DNA of 64,000 nt from Candidatus Lustribacter sp. (GTDB lineage: Bacteria; Vulcanimicrobiota; Vulcanimicrobiia; Vulcanimicrobiales; Vulcanimicrobiaceae). The stretch's first letter is position 1. Each line of letters opens with the position of its first letter. The notes under the pieces are model-generated. The model was not told the DNA's origin. It did no database searches and worked only from the letters and a program-made list of their open reading frames with translations. The stretch lies in NCBI GenBank assembly GCA_965277805.1, contig OZ255842.1:4000001-4064000 (forward strand). The letters run 5' to 3'. Position numbers and translations under genes: made by a program. Shown piece by piece: positions 47,336 to 57,749 of this stretch.

Positions 47336-48397
47336 ATGCACGACTGCCATCCCCAGTCTCATTCGCGATTGAACTTTCTTGCTGCCACGGGTGCGGCGGC
47401 AACGATGTTGCTTCCGGGGACGCGCGCGGTGGCGCAAGCGCCGGCACAGCGCAAGCTGATCGACGTTCACCATCATCACTACCCGCCGGAATTGATGGCG
47501 GTAGCGAACGCGTGGCAGGCGAAACACTCGCTGCCGCCGATCGGACCGGCGTTCTGGACGCCGGAGAAGTCGATGACGGACATGGACGCCAACGGCACGA
47601 CGACGGCGATCCTCTCGCTCTCATCGCCGCACGGCGTCTGGTTCGATGCGGATCCGGCCGCGATTCCCGCGCTCGCGCGCGCCTGCAATGACTACGCGAT
47701 GAAGATGATCAAGGATCATCCCGGCCGCTACGGTGTCTTCGCGGCACTGCCGATGCCCGACGTGGATGCGAGTCTCAAAGAAGTCGCCTATGCGTTCGAC
47801 ACCTTGCATGCCGACGGCATCGGTTTGCCCACGAGCTTCGGCAACCGTTGGCCCGGCGATGCCGCGTTCGCGCCGCTGTGGGCCGAACTCAACCGCCGCA
47901 AAGCGATGGTCGTCTTTCATCCCTATGCGCCGAATTGCTGCGGCGGGCTGCAGCCCGACGTTGCCGAGTCATTGCTGGAGTATCCCTACGATACCGGGCG
48001 CACGTTCCTCAGTTTGCTGCTGAGCGGCACGCTGGCGAAATACCGCGACGTGCGCTGGACGCTCTGTCACGGTGGCGGCGCGTTGCCGTATCTAGCCGGC
48101 CGGATCGAAACGCTCGAAGCAAACTCGCACGCGAAGCTCGACGTCATTGCACCCAACGGCGTCCGTGCCGAACTCAAGCGCATGTACTACGATACGGCCA
48201 ACGCCACGTTCCCCGCGACGATGGCCGCATTGCTCAAAGAGATTCCGATCTCGCAGATCATGTTCGGCACCGACTATCCCTACGTGACCGGTAAACAGAA
48301 CCTCGGCCCGCTAGAATCCCAAGGGATCTCCGCGAGCGATCTCGCCGCGATCGAAAGCGGGAACGCGATGCGGCTCATCCCGCGCCTACGCGCGTAA
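47336..48397 (+). CDS. Amidohydrolase_2 decarboxylase-like, paralog of 755-1768
   Basis: DVHHH, FHP, CHGGGALPYL, MFGTDYPY; N-terminal signal-like segment. Confidence 0.9.
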   Translation: MHDCHPQSHSRLNFLAATGAAATMLLPGTRAVAQAPAQRKLIDVHHHHYPPELMAVANAWQAKHSLPPIGPAFWTPEKSMTDMDANGTTTAILSLSSPHGVWFDADPAAIPALARACNDYAMKMIKDHPGRYGVFAALPMPDVDASLKEVAYAFDTLHADGIGLPTSFGNRWPGDAAFAPLWAELNRRKAMVVFHPYAPNCCGGLQPDVAESLLEYPYDTGRTFLSLLLSGTLAKYRDVRWTLCHGGGALPYLAGRIETLEANSHAKLDVIAPNGVRAELKRMYYDTANATFPATMAALLKEIPISQIMFGTDYPYVTGKQNLGPLESQGISASDLAAIESGNAMRLIPRLRA

Positions 48398-49192
48398 GAG
48401 CGCTTCGCGCGTCCGGTCGTCGGCGGGTGCGTACACCGTCATCCGCACGGCCCCGCCGGCATTGGGCGCGAAGGTCGTGTACGTGTAGCGTACGCGGCCG
48501 AGCGCCGGGTGATCGAGTTCCATCAGCCCGGGCGTGCGTTCGTGCACGATGTGCTCGTTCCACCACCGTTCGAAGATCGCGCTCTCGCAACACCGCTCGA
48601 TGAGCGGCCCGAAGCGCCGATCGTCTTTGTGGCGCCCGTAACTGGCGCGGAATTCCGCGATGAAACGATGCGCGTGCCGCTCCCAATCGACGAATTGCTC
48701 GCGCCGTTCGGGCGTGGTGAAGAAATCGTAGACCACATTGCGCGAGGTTTCGGGCAGCGCACCGTAATCGATCAAGCCGCGCGCGGCGGCATCGCTCCAC
48801 GCCAGCACGTCCCAGCAATGGTTGGTGAGGTAGACGGCGTTCGTCCCCATGCCGCGCAGCATTTGCTGCAACTCGATCGACACGTCTTCGCTGCCCGAAC
48901 GTTTGCGCGGCGTTTGTTCGGCGAGCTGAAAGAGATGCGCCCGTTCGCCCTCGTCGAGCCGCAGCGCGTCGGCGATGCGCGTCAACGCCGCCGCCGAAAC
49001 CCGGATCCGGCGGCCCTGCTCGAGCCAGGTGTACCACGCCGTGCTGATGTCCGATGCAGCGGCGACTTCCTCGCGCGTGAGGCCGGACGTGCGGCGGCGG
49101 CGCGCGGCACCGGCGACCGGTTCCGGTTCGAGCCGTGCGCGCCGCGACCGTAGGAAGTTCGCCAACTCGTCGCGCCGCAGCTGTTGCTCCAT
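48386..49192 (-). CDS. XRE HTH regulator with MmyB-like ligand domain
   Basis: ELANFLRSRRARL, RRRTSGLTREEVA, WYTWLEQGR. Confidence 0.92.
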   Translation of the reverse strand: MEQQLRRDELANFLRSRRARLEPEPVAGAARRRRTSGLTREEVAAASDISTAWYTWLEQGRRIRVSAAALTRIADALRLDEGERAHLFQLAEQTPRKRSGSEDVSIELQQMLRGMGTNAVYLTNHCWDVLAWSDAAARGLIDYGALPETSRNVVYDFFTTPERREQFVDWERHAHRFIAEFRASYGRHKDDRRFGPLIERCCESAIFERWWNEHIVHERTPGLMELDHPALGRVRYTYTTFAPNAGGAVRMTVYAPADDRTREALLRA

Positions 49193-49197
49193 CGCCG

Positions 49198-50310
49198 CTA
49201 CTTCAGCGCCGCGACCGCGGCGGACTTGAACACGATCCCGCGTTCCGCGATGACCTCGAGCGAAACGGCGTCGCCGGCCGCGAGCGTGACCGCCCGTTCG
49301 GTCGCGAATTCGACCACCGCACCGGCGAGATCGCCCGCGTACTGCCGGCGGCCACCGACGTATTGCACCTCGCGCACGCTCACGGGCAGGCCCGCTCCGC
49401 TGTTGCCGACGGTGAAATCCTCGGGCCGGAGCATCAGCATCGCCGCTTCGCCGGGGGCGAACTCGCCGGCCGCCGACGCGTTCATCGCGTACCGGCCCGC
49501 GCCGGCGGTCACGGCGACGCGCGATCCGTTCGTGCCCTCGATCACGCGTTCGACCGTGCACGGCACGAAGTTCGCTTTGCCGAGAAACCAGCTGACGAAC
49601 GGGGTCGCCGGGCGCTCGTAGATTTCTTCGGGGACGCCGATCTGTTCGATCGTGCCCTCGCGCAGCACGGCGATGCGGTCCGAGAGCATCAGCGCCTCCG
49701 ACTGATCGTGCGTGACGTAAACGGCCGCGATGTTCGTGCGTAATTGGATCTTGCGCAGTTCCGCGCCCATCTCGAGCCGCAGCTTCTGATCGAGGTTGCT
49801 CAGCGGTTCGTCGAGCAGCAAGAGCTTGGGCGAGAACACCAGCGCGCGCGCGATCGCGACGCGCTGTTGCTGACCGCCGCTGAGTTCGGTCGCATTACGG
49901 CGCGCGTAGTCACTCAAGCCGACGAGGGCGAGCATGTCGTCGACCGCCGCCGCGATCTCGCGTTCGGGTTTGTGCCGCACGCGTAGCGGATAGGCCACGT
50001 TTTCGCGCACGGTCATGTGCGGCCAGATCGCGTAGGATTGGAACACCATGCCGAGCTCGCGCCCTTCGGGCGGCACGTGCACGCCGGCGGCCGGATCCGT
50101 CACGCAGCGATCGCCGATGTAAATCGCACCCGCCGCGGCTTCGGCGAGGCCCGCAATCGTGCGCAGGATCGTCGACTTCCCGCAGCCGCTGGGTCCCAGC
50201 AGCGTGAGGAATTCGCCGTCGCGCGCTTCCAACGAAACGCCGTGCACGACCTCCGTTCCGCCGTACGCGACGGAGAGCGCATCGATGCGAAGCCGGGATG
50301 CTGCGCTCAT
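49198..50310 (-). CDS. ABC ATP-binding protein (FbpC/PotA class)
   Basis: GPSGCGKST, FQSYAIWPHMTV, LSGGQQQR, DEPLSNLD. Confidence 0.95.
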   Translation of the reverse strand: MSAASRLRIDALSVAYGGTEVVHGVSLEARDGEFLTLLGPSGCGKSTILRTIAGLAEAAAGAIYIGDRCVTDPAAGVHVPPEGRELGMVFQSYAIWPHMTVRENVAYPLRVRHKPEREIAAAVDDMLALVGLSDYARRNATELSGGQQQRVAIARALVFSPKLLLLDEPLSNLDQKLRLEMGAELRKIQLRTNIAAVYVTHDQSEALMLSDRIAVLREGTIEQIGVPEEIYERPATPFVSWFLGKANFVPCTVERVIEGTNGSRVAVTAGAGRYAMNASAAGEFAPGEAAMLMLRPEDFTVGNSGAGLPVSVREVQYVGGRRQYAGDLAGAVVEFATERAVTLAAGDAVSLEVIAERGIVFKSAAVAALK

Positions 50311-51980
50311 CGCGCCTCCGGAACGCGTGCGCCGTTCGTCACGCGCTGCTGGAGCACGTAAAGCCCGAACACGAACGCCACGAGCAGTACGCTGAGCGCC
50401 GCGACGCGCGTGCCCTCACCCTGTTGCCAGTAACTCAAAAGTTGGACCGATGCGACCTCGCTGCCGAACCCGTACAGCATGACCGCCACCGACAGCTCGC
50501 GCGAGAACAGCGTCGCCAGGGTGAACCATGCCGAGACCAACCCGGGCATGATGAGCGGCACCACGATGCGCCGCAGCGTCGTCCCCGCGTTCGCGCCGTG
50601 CACGGCCGACGCTTCCTCGAGATCCGGGCTGAGCTGCGCGAGCACGCTGCCGGTCGAGCGCATCGCGAGCGGAATGCCGAGCGTGATGAAGCCGGCGAGA
50701 ACGCCCCAGAACGTGCCGTACATTCCCGGAACGTTGATGTAGGTCCATAACAGCGCGACGCCGAGGACGAGTCCGGGAATCGCCCACGGAATGAGCAGCA
50801 CCGCGTCGATCGCGATGCGGCCGAACCGGATCTTGCGGATCAGGGCGAAGCTGACCAGAGCGCCGATCGCGACGCATACCGTGCTGGCGACGAACATCAG
50901 CGCGACGGTGTTGAGCAGCGCGCGCTGCGTCGTTGCATCCGTAAGGATGAACTGGTAGTTGGCCAACGTTGCGAGCTTCGGATCGTAATTGCCGAGAAAC
51001 TTCCAGAACGACGACAGCACGATCGCGCCGAGCGGCAGGAGCACCAGCGCCAGATATCCCCAAGCGGCGATGAGGCACGGAACCTTCGACTTCCGCAGCT
51101 TGATCCGCCGCGGTTGAAAGCCTTTGCCGGTGACGGTCGCGCGCGTTTGCTGCAGCCGCGCCGCAACGGCCACGATCACGAGCGCGCCCGTTCCGACCAG
51201 CACGCTCAGCGAGATCGCCGTGCCGTAATGCGGCGGCGTCTGCACCTTCAGCGCATCGTAGATGAAGTTGATGAACACGTAGATGCCCGCCGGCGTTCCC
51301 AAGATCTGCGGGACTTCGAAGGCCTCGATCGCCCGGATGAATGCGATGATCGCAAACGGCAGAAACGCCGGCATCAGGAGCGGCACCGAAATCGTGCGAA
51401 ACACATACCATGGCGATGCGCCGCTCAAGCGCGCAGAATCTTCGAGGCTCGGATCGGAATTACCGAGCGGGCCGAGCATCATCAAGTAGATGAATCCGGC
51501 CGCGGGAAAGGACATCACGAGCGCGACTCCGCCGTAGGAATAGACGTCGATCGCGTTGCCGGTGCCGTGCGTGAGCCCGCGGAAGAACAGGTTGATGACG
51601 CCGTTGTCCGGGTTGCCGAGGATCGCCCAGCCGATCGCGACGACGAGGCTCGGCGCGAGAAACGGAACGATCGCGACGACGCTGAGGACGCGCCGGCCGG
51701 GAATGTCGGTGCGCGCGACGAGCCAGGCGAGAAAGAACCCGGCACTCAGGGCGAGTACCGTCGCGGCGAGCGCGATCCAAAAGGTCGTCACGGCCACCGA
51801 CCAGACGCGCGGATTCAGCAGCACGCTCGCGTAATTTGCCAGCGTCCACGCGCCGCCGGCGCCCGGGGGCGCGTCGCGAAAACTGCTCGCGATCAGCGTG
51901 CCGGCGGGAACGGCGATCAGCAGCAGCGGGGGCGCGATCACCGCCCACCACAGCCACGCATTGCCCCTAAGAGGTTTCAC
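50307..51980 (-). CDS. ABC permease (FbpB class, duplicated)
   Basis: LAWLVARTDIPGR; two EAA loops; GTG start at 51980. Confidence 0.92.
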   Translation of the reverse strand: MKPLRGNAWLWWAVIAPPLLLIAVPAGTLIASSFRDAPPGAGGAWTLANYASVLLNPRVWSVAVTTFWIALAATVLALSAGFFLAWLVARTDIPGRRVLSVVAIVPFLAPSLVVAIGWAILGNPDNGVINLFFRGLTHGTGNAIDVYSYGGVALVMSFPAAGFIYLMMLGPLGNSDPSLEDSARLSGASPWYVFRTISVPLLMPAFLPFAIIAFIRAIEAFEVPQILGTPAGIYVFINFIYDALKVQTPPHYGTAISLSVLVGTGALVIVAVAARLQQTRATVTGKGFQPRRIKLRKSKVPCLIAAWGYLALVLLPLGAIVLSSFWKFLGNYDPKLATLANYQFILTDATTQRALLNTVALMFVASTVCVAIGALVSFALIRKIRFGRIAIDAVLLIPWAIPGLVLGVALLWTYINVPGMYGTFWGVLAGFITLGIPLAMRSTGSVLAQLSPDLEEASAVHGANAGTTLRRIVVPLIMPGLVSAWFTLATLFSRELSVAVMLYGFGSEVASVQLLSYWQQGEGTRVAALSVLLVAFVFGLYVLQQRVTNGARVPEAR

Positions 51981-52007
51981 GAAGCGTTCCAAACACGATA
52001 GGGAGCC

Positions 52008-53048
52008 ATGACGCCTCGTATGCCGTTCATCCTGCGCGCCCTTGTTGCGGGCGGCGCCGCACTGGCCTTGCTCACCCACGGTGCCGCTGCCGATAGCACC
52101 TCGCAAGCCGACAAAGAAGGCGCCGTCGTTTGGTACACCGCGCCCGGCACGGCGGCGCAGCTGGCGCCCGCGCTGGCCGTGTGGTCGAAGCAGCACCCGA
52201 GCATCAAGATCGACATCGTCGAGACGCCGGGACCCGACGGGATGGAACGCGTGCGCACCGAGCAGCGCGCGCATCATATCGTCGCCGATCTGTTTTCTCA
52301 AGGCGACATCGGTACGTGGCAAGCCGTTCAAGGCGGGCTCTACCAAACGTTCGATCCGGCCGGCATGCCGAATCTGCGCACCGTTTCCGCGAAGGTCACG
52401 CCGTTTCTCGACAAGGGGCGGCACGTCGTTCCGATTTATCTGATGGGCTACGGCATCACCGTCAATACGCAAACGCTCCCGCAAGCGGATTGGCCGCAAA
52501 CCTGGAAGGACGTGCTGAAGCCGAACGCCGTCAAGACGCTCGGCATTCACGACCTGGGCGCGATCGGCGGCGGCCTCTCGTTCTACATGATCGGCCAGCA
52601 GCCGCTCGGGGACGCGTTCTTCAAAGCGCTCGTGGCCGCGAAGCCGCGCGTCTTCTCGCGCGCGCCGGAACAAGAGAACGCGGTCGATACCGGGCAGCGC
52701 GGCGTGATCATCCCGGCCTCGATGCAGAACTACGAGGAGTCGAATGCCAAGAACGCGCCGATCAAGTTCATCGTGCCGCGCGACGGCATGTTCTTCGTCG
52801 CAATCTACAACGGCATCGTTGCGGGCGCGCCGCATCGGGCCGCCGCGGAACTCTTCCTGAACTTCTTGCTGAGCCCGGCGGCACAGTCCGCGATTGCCCG
52901 CTCGGGCAACGTGCCGGTTATCAACACGACGATCTCGCCGATCGAATTGAGCCGCGTGAAGTTCTTGGGCACCGGCGTCACCACGCGGGCCCAGGGCGAA
53001 CGGCTGCCCGATTACATCAAGGCCGGGCAAGCGCTGATGGGACAGTAG
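52008..53048 (+). CDS. Extracellular solute-binding protein (FbpA/AfuA class)
   Basis: KEGAVVWYT, PQTWKDVL, APHRAAAELFLNFLLS. Confidence 0.9.
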   Translation: MTPRMPFILRALVAGGAALALLTHGAAADSTSQADKEGAVVWYTAPGTAAQLAPALAVWSKQHPSIKIDIVETPGPDGMERVRTEQRAHHIVADLFSQGDIGTWQAVQGGLYQTFDPAGMPNLRTVSAKVTPFLDKGRHVVPIYLMGYGITVNTQTLPQADWPQTWKDVLKPNAVKTLGIHDLGAIGGGLSFYMIGQQPLGDAFFKALVAAKPRVFSRAPEQENAVDTGQRGVIIPASMQNYEESNAKNAPIKFIVPRDGMFFVAIYNGIVAGAPHRAAAELFLNFLLSPAAQSAIARSGNVPVINTTISPIELSRVKFLGTGVTTRAQGERLPDYIKAGQALMGQ

Positions 53049-53118
53049 CGGGGAGTTTTTATCCCAGGATATCTGACGGCTTGCCGCACCTCCCCGCCTG
53101 TGCGATTCTTGAAGTGCC

Positions 53119-54438
53119 TTGCTGAGCGTTGAAGACAACGAGCTACTGACCCGCGTGACGGGCGAGGCCCCGATGGGGCGCGTGCTGCGGTCGTTCTGGC
53201 TGCCGTTCCTGTTCAGTTGGGAAGTCGAGGCGGCGGGACCGCCGCTGCGCGTACGGCTCTTCGGCGAAGACCTAATCGCCTTTCGCGCCGAGAACGGGAA
53301 GGTCGCGCTCGTGGGCGAGCACTGCCCGCACCGCCGCGCCTCGCTCTACTTCGGGCGCAACGAAGACGGCGGCGTCCGCTGCCTCTATCACGGCTGGAAG
53401 TTCGACCGCACCGGGTCGTGCGTCGACATGCCGAGCGAACCCGAAGAGAGCAGTTTCAAAGCGAAAGTCGGCATCGCCGCGTACGCGTGTGAAGAACGCT
53501 GCGGCGTCGTGTGGACCTACATGGGACCCAATCAAAGCGCGCCGCCGCCGCTTCCGCGGCTCGAATGGATGGAACTGCCCGAGAGCCACCATGTCGGCGG
53601 CAAGCGCGTGCAGCCGACGAACTGGGCGCAGGCGCTGGAAGGCGAGATCGATCAGAGCCACGTGTCCTTCGTGCACAGCCGGCTCGACGCGGGCCGCAAC
53701 GGTGCAAAGCCCAACGTCGACCAGATCCGCGCCGTCGACAAGCATCCGCACTTCGAAGTCGTCGAAATGCCGTACGGGCACTGCATCGCAGCCGGCCGCA
53801 ACACGCCCGACGGACAGAAATACTGGCGCATCACGCAACAGCTGCTGCCGACCTTCGCGATGACCGGTCCGTACGGGCCCGACCCCAAGCGCATGTGGCG
53901 TTCGTGGGTGCCGATCGACGATGAGAACGTATTGGTGCTCGGCTTGCAATTTCATCCGCGCCGCCCGCTCACCGATGTCGAGCGTTCGAGCGCGCTCGAG
54001 CGTTCGTCGGTCTGGAACATTTCCGCGAAATTCAAGGCCGCGCCGTCGTCGAAAGCCTTCGGCAACTGGTACGCCAACGCGACGCTCGAAAACGACTACT
54101 TCCAAGATCGTGAAGCGCAGCGCACGTCGACGTTTTCCGGGATTCCCGAGTTTTGGGCGCAGGACGCCGCGATGCAGGTCAGCATGGGAACGGTGTGCGA
54201 CCGATCGCAAGAGCATCTCGGCACGAGCGATCTCGCGATCATCTCGGTGCGCAAGCGGCTCCTCGCCGCCGCGAAAGCGATGCAGGCCGCGGGCACCGTT
54301 CCGCCCGAGTCGCTGCAGCCCGATGCCTACGCGGTGCGTTCGGACGCGATCATTCTCGCGCCCGATCTCTCGTGGTTCGAATCGACGAAAGAGCGACGCC
54401 TCGCCATCGCCGGCACGAACCCGGATTGCCCCTCATAA
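53119..54438 (+). CDS. Rieske oxygenase alpha subunit (phthalate 4,5-dioxygenase class)
   Basis: CPHRRASL, CLYHGW, EGEIDQSHVSFVH, QDAAMQ, EHLGTSD. Confidence 0.92.
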   Translation: MLSVEDNELLTRVTGEAPMGRVLRSFWLPFLFSWEVEAAGPPLRVRLFGEDLIAFRAENGKVALVGEHCPHRRASLYFGRNEDGGVRCLYHGWKFDRTGSCVDMPSEPEESSFKAKVGIAAYACEERCGVVWTYMGPNQSAPPPLPRLEWMELPESHHVGGKRVQPTNWAQALEGEIDQSHVSFVHSRLDAGRNGAKPNVDQIRAVDKHPHFEVVEMPYGHCIAAGRNTPDGQKYWRITQQLLPTFAMTGPYGPDPKRMWRSWVPIDDENVLVLGLQFHPRRPLTDVERSSALERSSVWNISAKFKAAPSSKAFGNWYANATLENDYFQDREAQRTSTFSGIPEFWAQDAAMQVSMGTVCDRSQEHLGTSDLAIISVRKRLLAAAKAMQAAGTVPPESLQPDAYAVRSDAIILAPDLSWFESTKERRLAIAGTNPDCPS

Positions 54439-54441
54439 CGT

Positions 54442-55293
54442 ATGGCTGAACTCGTCGAGATCATCGGACTCACGCACAACCCGTTTCTGCCGAAACTGCT
54501 GCTCGAGGGCGGCGACGATCCCGTACTCGAGCAAATCGCCGCCGATTACGCGTACATGCACGACCGGCTGGCCGCTGCGCGTGCCGACGTGATCGTCGTG
54601 ATCGCAAGCGACCACCTCAACCAGTGGTTCATGGATAACATGCCCGCATTTCTCGTGGGCAAGGCGCCGCGCACGAACGGTCCGTTTCCGCACGAGTGCC
54701 GCGCGTTCGGCTTGAAAACGTACGAGGCGAGCATCGACGTCGACCTCGCGAAGTGGTTCGTCGCGCGCGGGTTCGACGAGCACGTCGACTTCGCGTTCTC
54801 CGATGAGTTTCTGATCGACCACGCCTTCACGGTTCCGTTGATGTTCGTGCGCCCCGAGATGGATCTCCCGATCGTTCCGGTTTGGACCAACGTGATGGCG
54901 CCGCCGCTGCCGCCGGCAACGCGGTTCTTCGAAGTCGGCGAAGCGCTCACGCGCTTGATCGCATCGGCACCGGGGAAGCAGCGCGTCGCCGTCGTGACGA
55001 GCGGACATTTCGCGGTCGAAGTCGGCGGGCCGAAGCCGAACACCGCCGGCTCGACGGACGAAGCGTTCGACCGGCGGATGATGCAGCTGATCGCCGACGG
55101 CGACGCGGCGAGCGTCGTGCGCGATGCGACGTTCGAGCGCCTCATGCAAGCCGGCAACGTCACGCCCGGTTTTCTCAACTACGTGCTGCTGCTCGGCATG
55201 GCGGGCGGACGTAAACCGACGGCGACGGCGCTGCGCTTTCCCGCCGCGACCACCGCCGTCTACTACATGGAATGGGCACTGGGAGGCACCTGA
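54442..55293 (+). CDS. Class III extradiol dioxygenase, LigB-like
   Basis: THNP, ASDH, IDHAFTVPL, TSGHFA. Confidence 0.87.
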   Translation: MAELVEIIGLTHNPFLPKLLLEGGDDPVLEQIAADYAYMHDRLAAARADVIVVIASDHLNQWFMDNMPAFLVGKAPRTNGPFPHECRAFGLKTYEASIDVDLAKWFVARGFDEHVDFAFSDEFLIDHAFTVPLMFVRPEMDLPIVPVWTNVMAPPLPPATRFFEVGEALTRLIASAPGKQRVAVVTSGHFAVEVGGPKPNTAGSTDEAFDRRMMQLIADGDAASVVRDATFERLMQAGNVTPGFLNYVLLLGMAGGRKPTATALRFPAATTAVYYMEWALGGT

Positions 55294-55295
55294 CG

Positions 55296-55586
55296 ATGAG
55301 CCGCTACAGCGTCGACAAGGTTTTGCGCCGCGTCATCACCGATGCGCAGGCGAAAGAATCATTTCTTGCCGGTCGCGAAGCGTTTCTCGCCGGCTTCGAA
55401 CTCGACGCAAACGAACACCGTGCGCTGACCGAGGTGGATCTGACCGCCCTCTACCGGATGGGTGCGCACCCGTTTCTCATCGTCGGTTTCGGCGGCGCGA
55501 CCGCCCCGCCGGCCGAACGCCACGCGCGCATGGACGCGTATCAAAAAAGTTTAGCGGGACTCGGCTATCCCGACTACAGCACCTGA
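55296..55586 (+). CDS. LigA-like small subunit
   Basis: MSRYSVDKVL, EHRAL...LYRMGAHPFL; follows LigB-like gene. Confidence 0.75.
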   Translation: MSRYSVDKVLRRVITDAQAKESFLAGREAFLAGFELDANEHRALTEVDLTALYRMGAHPFLIVGFGGATAPPAERHARMDAYQKSLAGLGYPDYST

Positions 55587-55605
55587 TCCCACGAAGGAGC
55601 AGCGC

Positions 55606-56763
55606 ATGCGCATTCTTGCAACGGCACTCATCCTGGCAGTCGTCTCGCTCTCGCCCGGACAAGCCGGTGCTCAGGCGACGGTGACCCTCGACATCCTCTT
55701 GCCGCTGACCGGATCCGCGGCGTATTCCGGCGCCGCACAACAGCAAGTCGCCAAAATCTACGAAGCCCAGATCAACAAGACCGGCGGCATTCACGGCGTT
55801 CCGCTCCATTTCGAATTCTTCGACGATCAGAGCAATCCGGCCGTGGCCGTGCAGATTACGAACGACTTATTGCAAAAGCACCCGGTCGCGATTCTGGGGC
55901 CGAGCGTGACCGCAACGTGCGCCGCGGTCGCGCCGCTGTTCGCCAACGGCCCGGTCAACTATTGCTTATCGCCCTCGACCTTGCCCGAGCACGGCAGTTA
56001 CGTGTTCGCCTCGGCCGTCACGCTGCACAACGTCGAGATGGCGATGTTCAGCAAGGCGAAGAAGATGGGCTTCAAGCGGATCGGCCTGATCGCCGCAACT
56101 GACGCGAGCGGCCAGCTTTCGCTGGGCTACATTCGCGAGTGGGCGGCGATGCCCGAGAACAAAGACACGCAGGTCGTCGACGTCGAGGCGTTCGCACCCG
56201 GCGATCTGAGCATCGCCGCGCAAGCATCGAAGCTGAAAGCCGCCAATCCCGACATCATCTACGTGTACGCGATCGGTACGGCATTCGGCACCGTGGTACG
56301 CGCGCTCTCGAACGCCGGCCTTTCAAACATTCCGACATATACGACGCCGGCCAACGGCGGCGCAACCCAGCTCAACACCTATCGCGCATTTTTGCCGGCG
56401 ACGCTGCTCACGTCCGGCATGCCGTATCAAGGCAATCTGACCAATCCCGCGATGAAGGCGGCGGCCGCCGAATACCTTGACGGACTGCGCGCCGCGGGGG
56501 TGAAGTTCGATCCCATGCAAACGTACGCGTGGGATCCGATCAAGATCACGGTCTCGGCGCTGCGCCAATTGCCGGCCGGCGCGACGGCGGCCCAGCTCCG
56601 TTCCTACTTGGAAAGTTTGCACGACTTCGCCGGTTTGTGGGGAGTCTACGATTTCCGCACCGGCGATCAGCACGGTCTCGACGGCCGTGACAGCATCTAC
56701 GTCTACTACGACGCCGCGCACGACACGTGGACGCCGTACGGCGGACCGAACGCAAAGGGCTGA
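55606..56763 (+). CDS. LivJ-like substrate-binding protein
   Basis: LPLTG, INKTGGIHG, DDQSNP, YDFRTGDQHGL. Confidence 0.9.
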   Translation: MRILATALILAVVSLSPGQAGAQATVTLDILLPLTGSAAYSGAAQQQVAKIYEAQINKTGGIHGVPLHFEFFDDQSNPAVAVQITNDLLQKHPVAILGPSVTATCAAVAPLFANGPVNYCLSPSTLPEHGSYVFASAVTLHNVEMAMFSKAKKMGFKRIGLIAATDASGQLSLGYIREWAAMPENKDTQVVDVEAFAPGDLSIAAQASKLKAANPDIIYVYAIGTAFGTVVRALSNAGLSNIPTYTTPANGGATQLNTYRAFLPATLLTSGMPYQGNLTNPAMKAAAAEYLDGLRAAGVKFDPMQTYAWDPIKITVSALRQLPAGATAAQLRSYLESLHDFAGLWGVYDFRTGDQHGLDGRDSIYVYYDAAHDTWTPYGGPNAKG

Positions 56764-56766
56764 AGC

Positions 56767-57723
56767 ATGGCAGAGATCGTCTTGGGCATCGGTGCATCGC
56801 ACAGCCCGCAAGTGAGCACCCCGTGGGCGTTTTGGCCCAAGATGCGCCAAACCGACGAGGCCGGCCCGGTCGCGCCGCCCGACATGGACGCGCTGTTGCG
56901 CCCGCAGGTGCTCGAAGAGCGCTTCGACCGCGTGCAAGCGGCGGTCGAGCGCCTGAGCGGCGTGCTGCGCGCGGCCGCACCGCTCGACGCGATCGTGATC
57001 TTCGGTGACGATCAGCACGAACAGTTCGACGAAGACAACATGCCGGCCATCGCCGTCTACACCGGCGCGACGTGCAGCGTCTTGGAGCCGCGCCGCGCGC
57101 ACATCCCTTGGAACGGCACGGCGGACGAGCGCGCACAGCTCTCATCGCTGATGCAGAAGACGAGAACGGAATACCCGTGCTCGAACGCGCTGGCGCTGCA
57201 TTTGGTCGACGCGCTCACCGAGCAATCGTTCGATCTCACCCGCCTCGCGAAGCTCAACGAACGCGGTCTCGGGCATGCGTTCGCGTTTCTCTACCAGCGT
57301 CTGTGGCCGGAGTGCGACGTGCCGATCGTGCCCGTCATGCTCAACACCTACTATCCGCCGAATCAGCCGACGCCGGCGCGCAGCTATGCCCTCGGCCGCG
57401 CGGTGCGCGAGGCGATCGGCGCGTGGGATGGCGGCAACCGCGTTGCGGTGCTCGCGTCGGGCGGCTTGAGCCACATCGTGATGGACGAAGCCCTCGACCA
57501 TCAACTTCTCGACGGACTGCGCGAGCACGATCCGGCGAAATACACCGCAGTGCCGCGCACGAAACTGCGCGGCGGCACGTCGGAGGTTCTCAACTGGATC
57601 GCGCTCGGCGGTGCAGTCGGCCAAATGCCGATGACGCTGATCGACTACGCGGCCGGGTACCGCTCGCTGCCGACCACGGGCTGCGGTATGGCGTTCGCGT
57701 ATTGGGAGCCGGCTCGCGGGTGA
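56767..57723 (+). CDS. Class III extradiol dioxygenase (DesZ/MhpB-like)
   Basis: ASHSP, GDDQHE, GHAFAF, NTYYPPNQP, ASGGLSH, GTSEVLNW. Confidence 0.88.
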   Translation: MAEIVLGIGASHSPQVSTPWAFWPKMRQTDEAGPVAPPDMDALLRPQVLEERFDRVQAAVERLSGVLRAAAPLDAIVIFGDDQHEQFDEDNMPAIAVYTGATCSVLEPRRAHIPWNGTADERAQLSSLMQKTRTEYPCSNALALHLVDALTEQSFDLTRLAKLNERGLGHAFAFLYQRLWPECDVPIVPVMLNTYYPPNQPTPARSYALGRAVREAIGAWDGGNRVAVLASGGLSHIVMDEALDHQLLDGLREHDPAKYTAVPRTKLRGGTSEVLNWIALGGAVGQMPMTLIDYAAGYRSLPTTGCGMAFAYWEPARG

Positions 57724-57749
57724 ATCTGCAGGCTCGATGTGCTATTGCG

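Noticed and set aside
51981-53138. 943-aa ORF suggesting a giant permease fusion
   Set aside because: The extension is the antisense shadow of the SBP gene; permease homology begins at 51980
57072-57749. Long N-terminal extension of the SBP ORF
   Set aside because: Off-frame overlap of the dioxygenase gene; signal peptide starts at 57750
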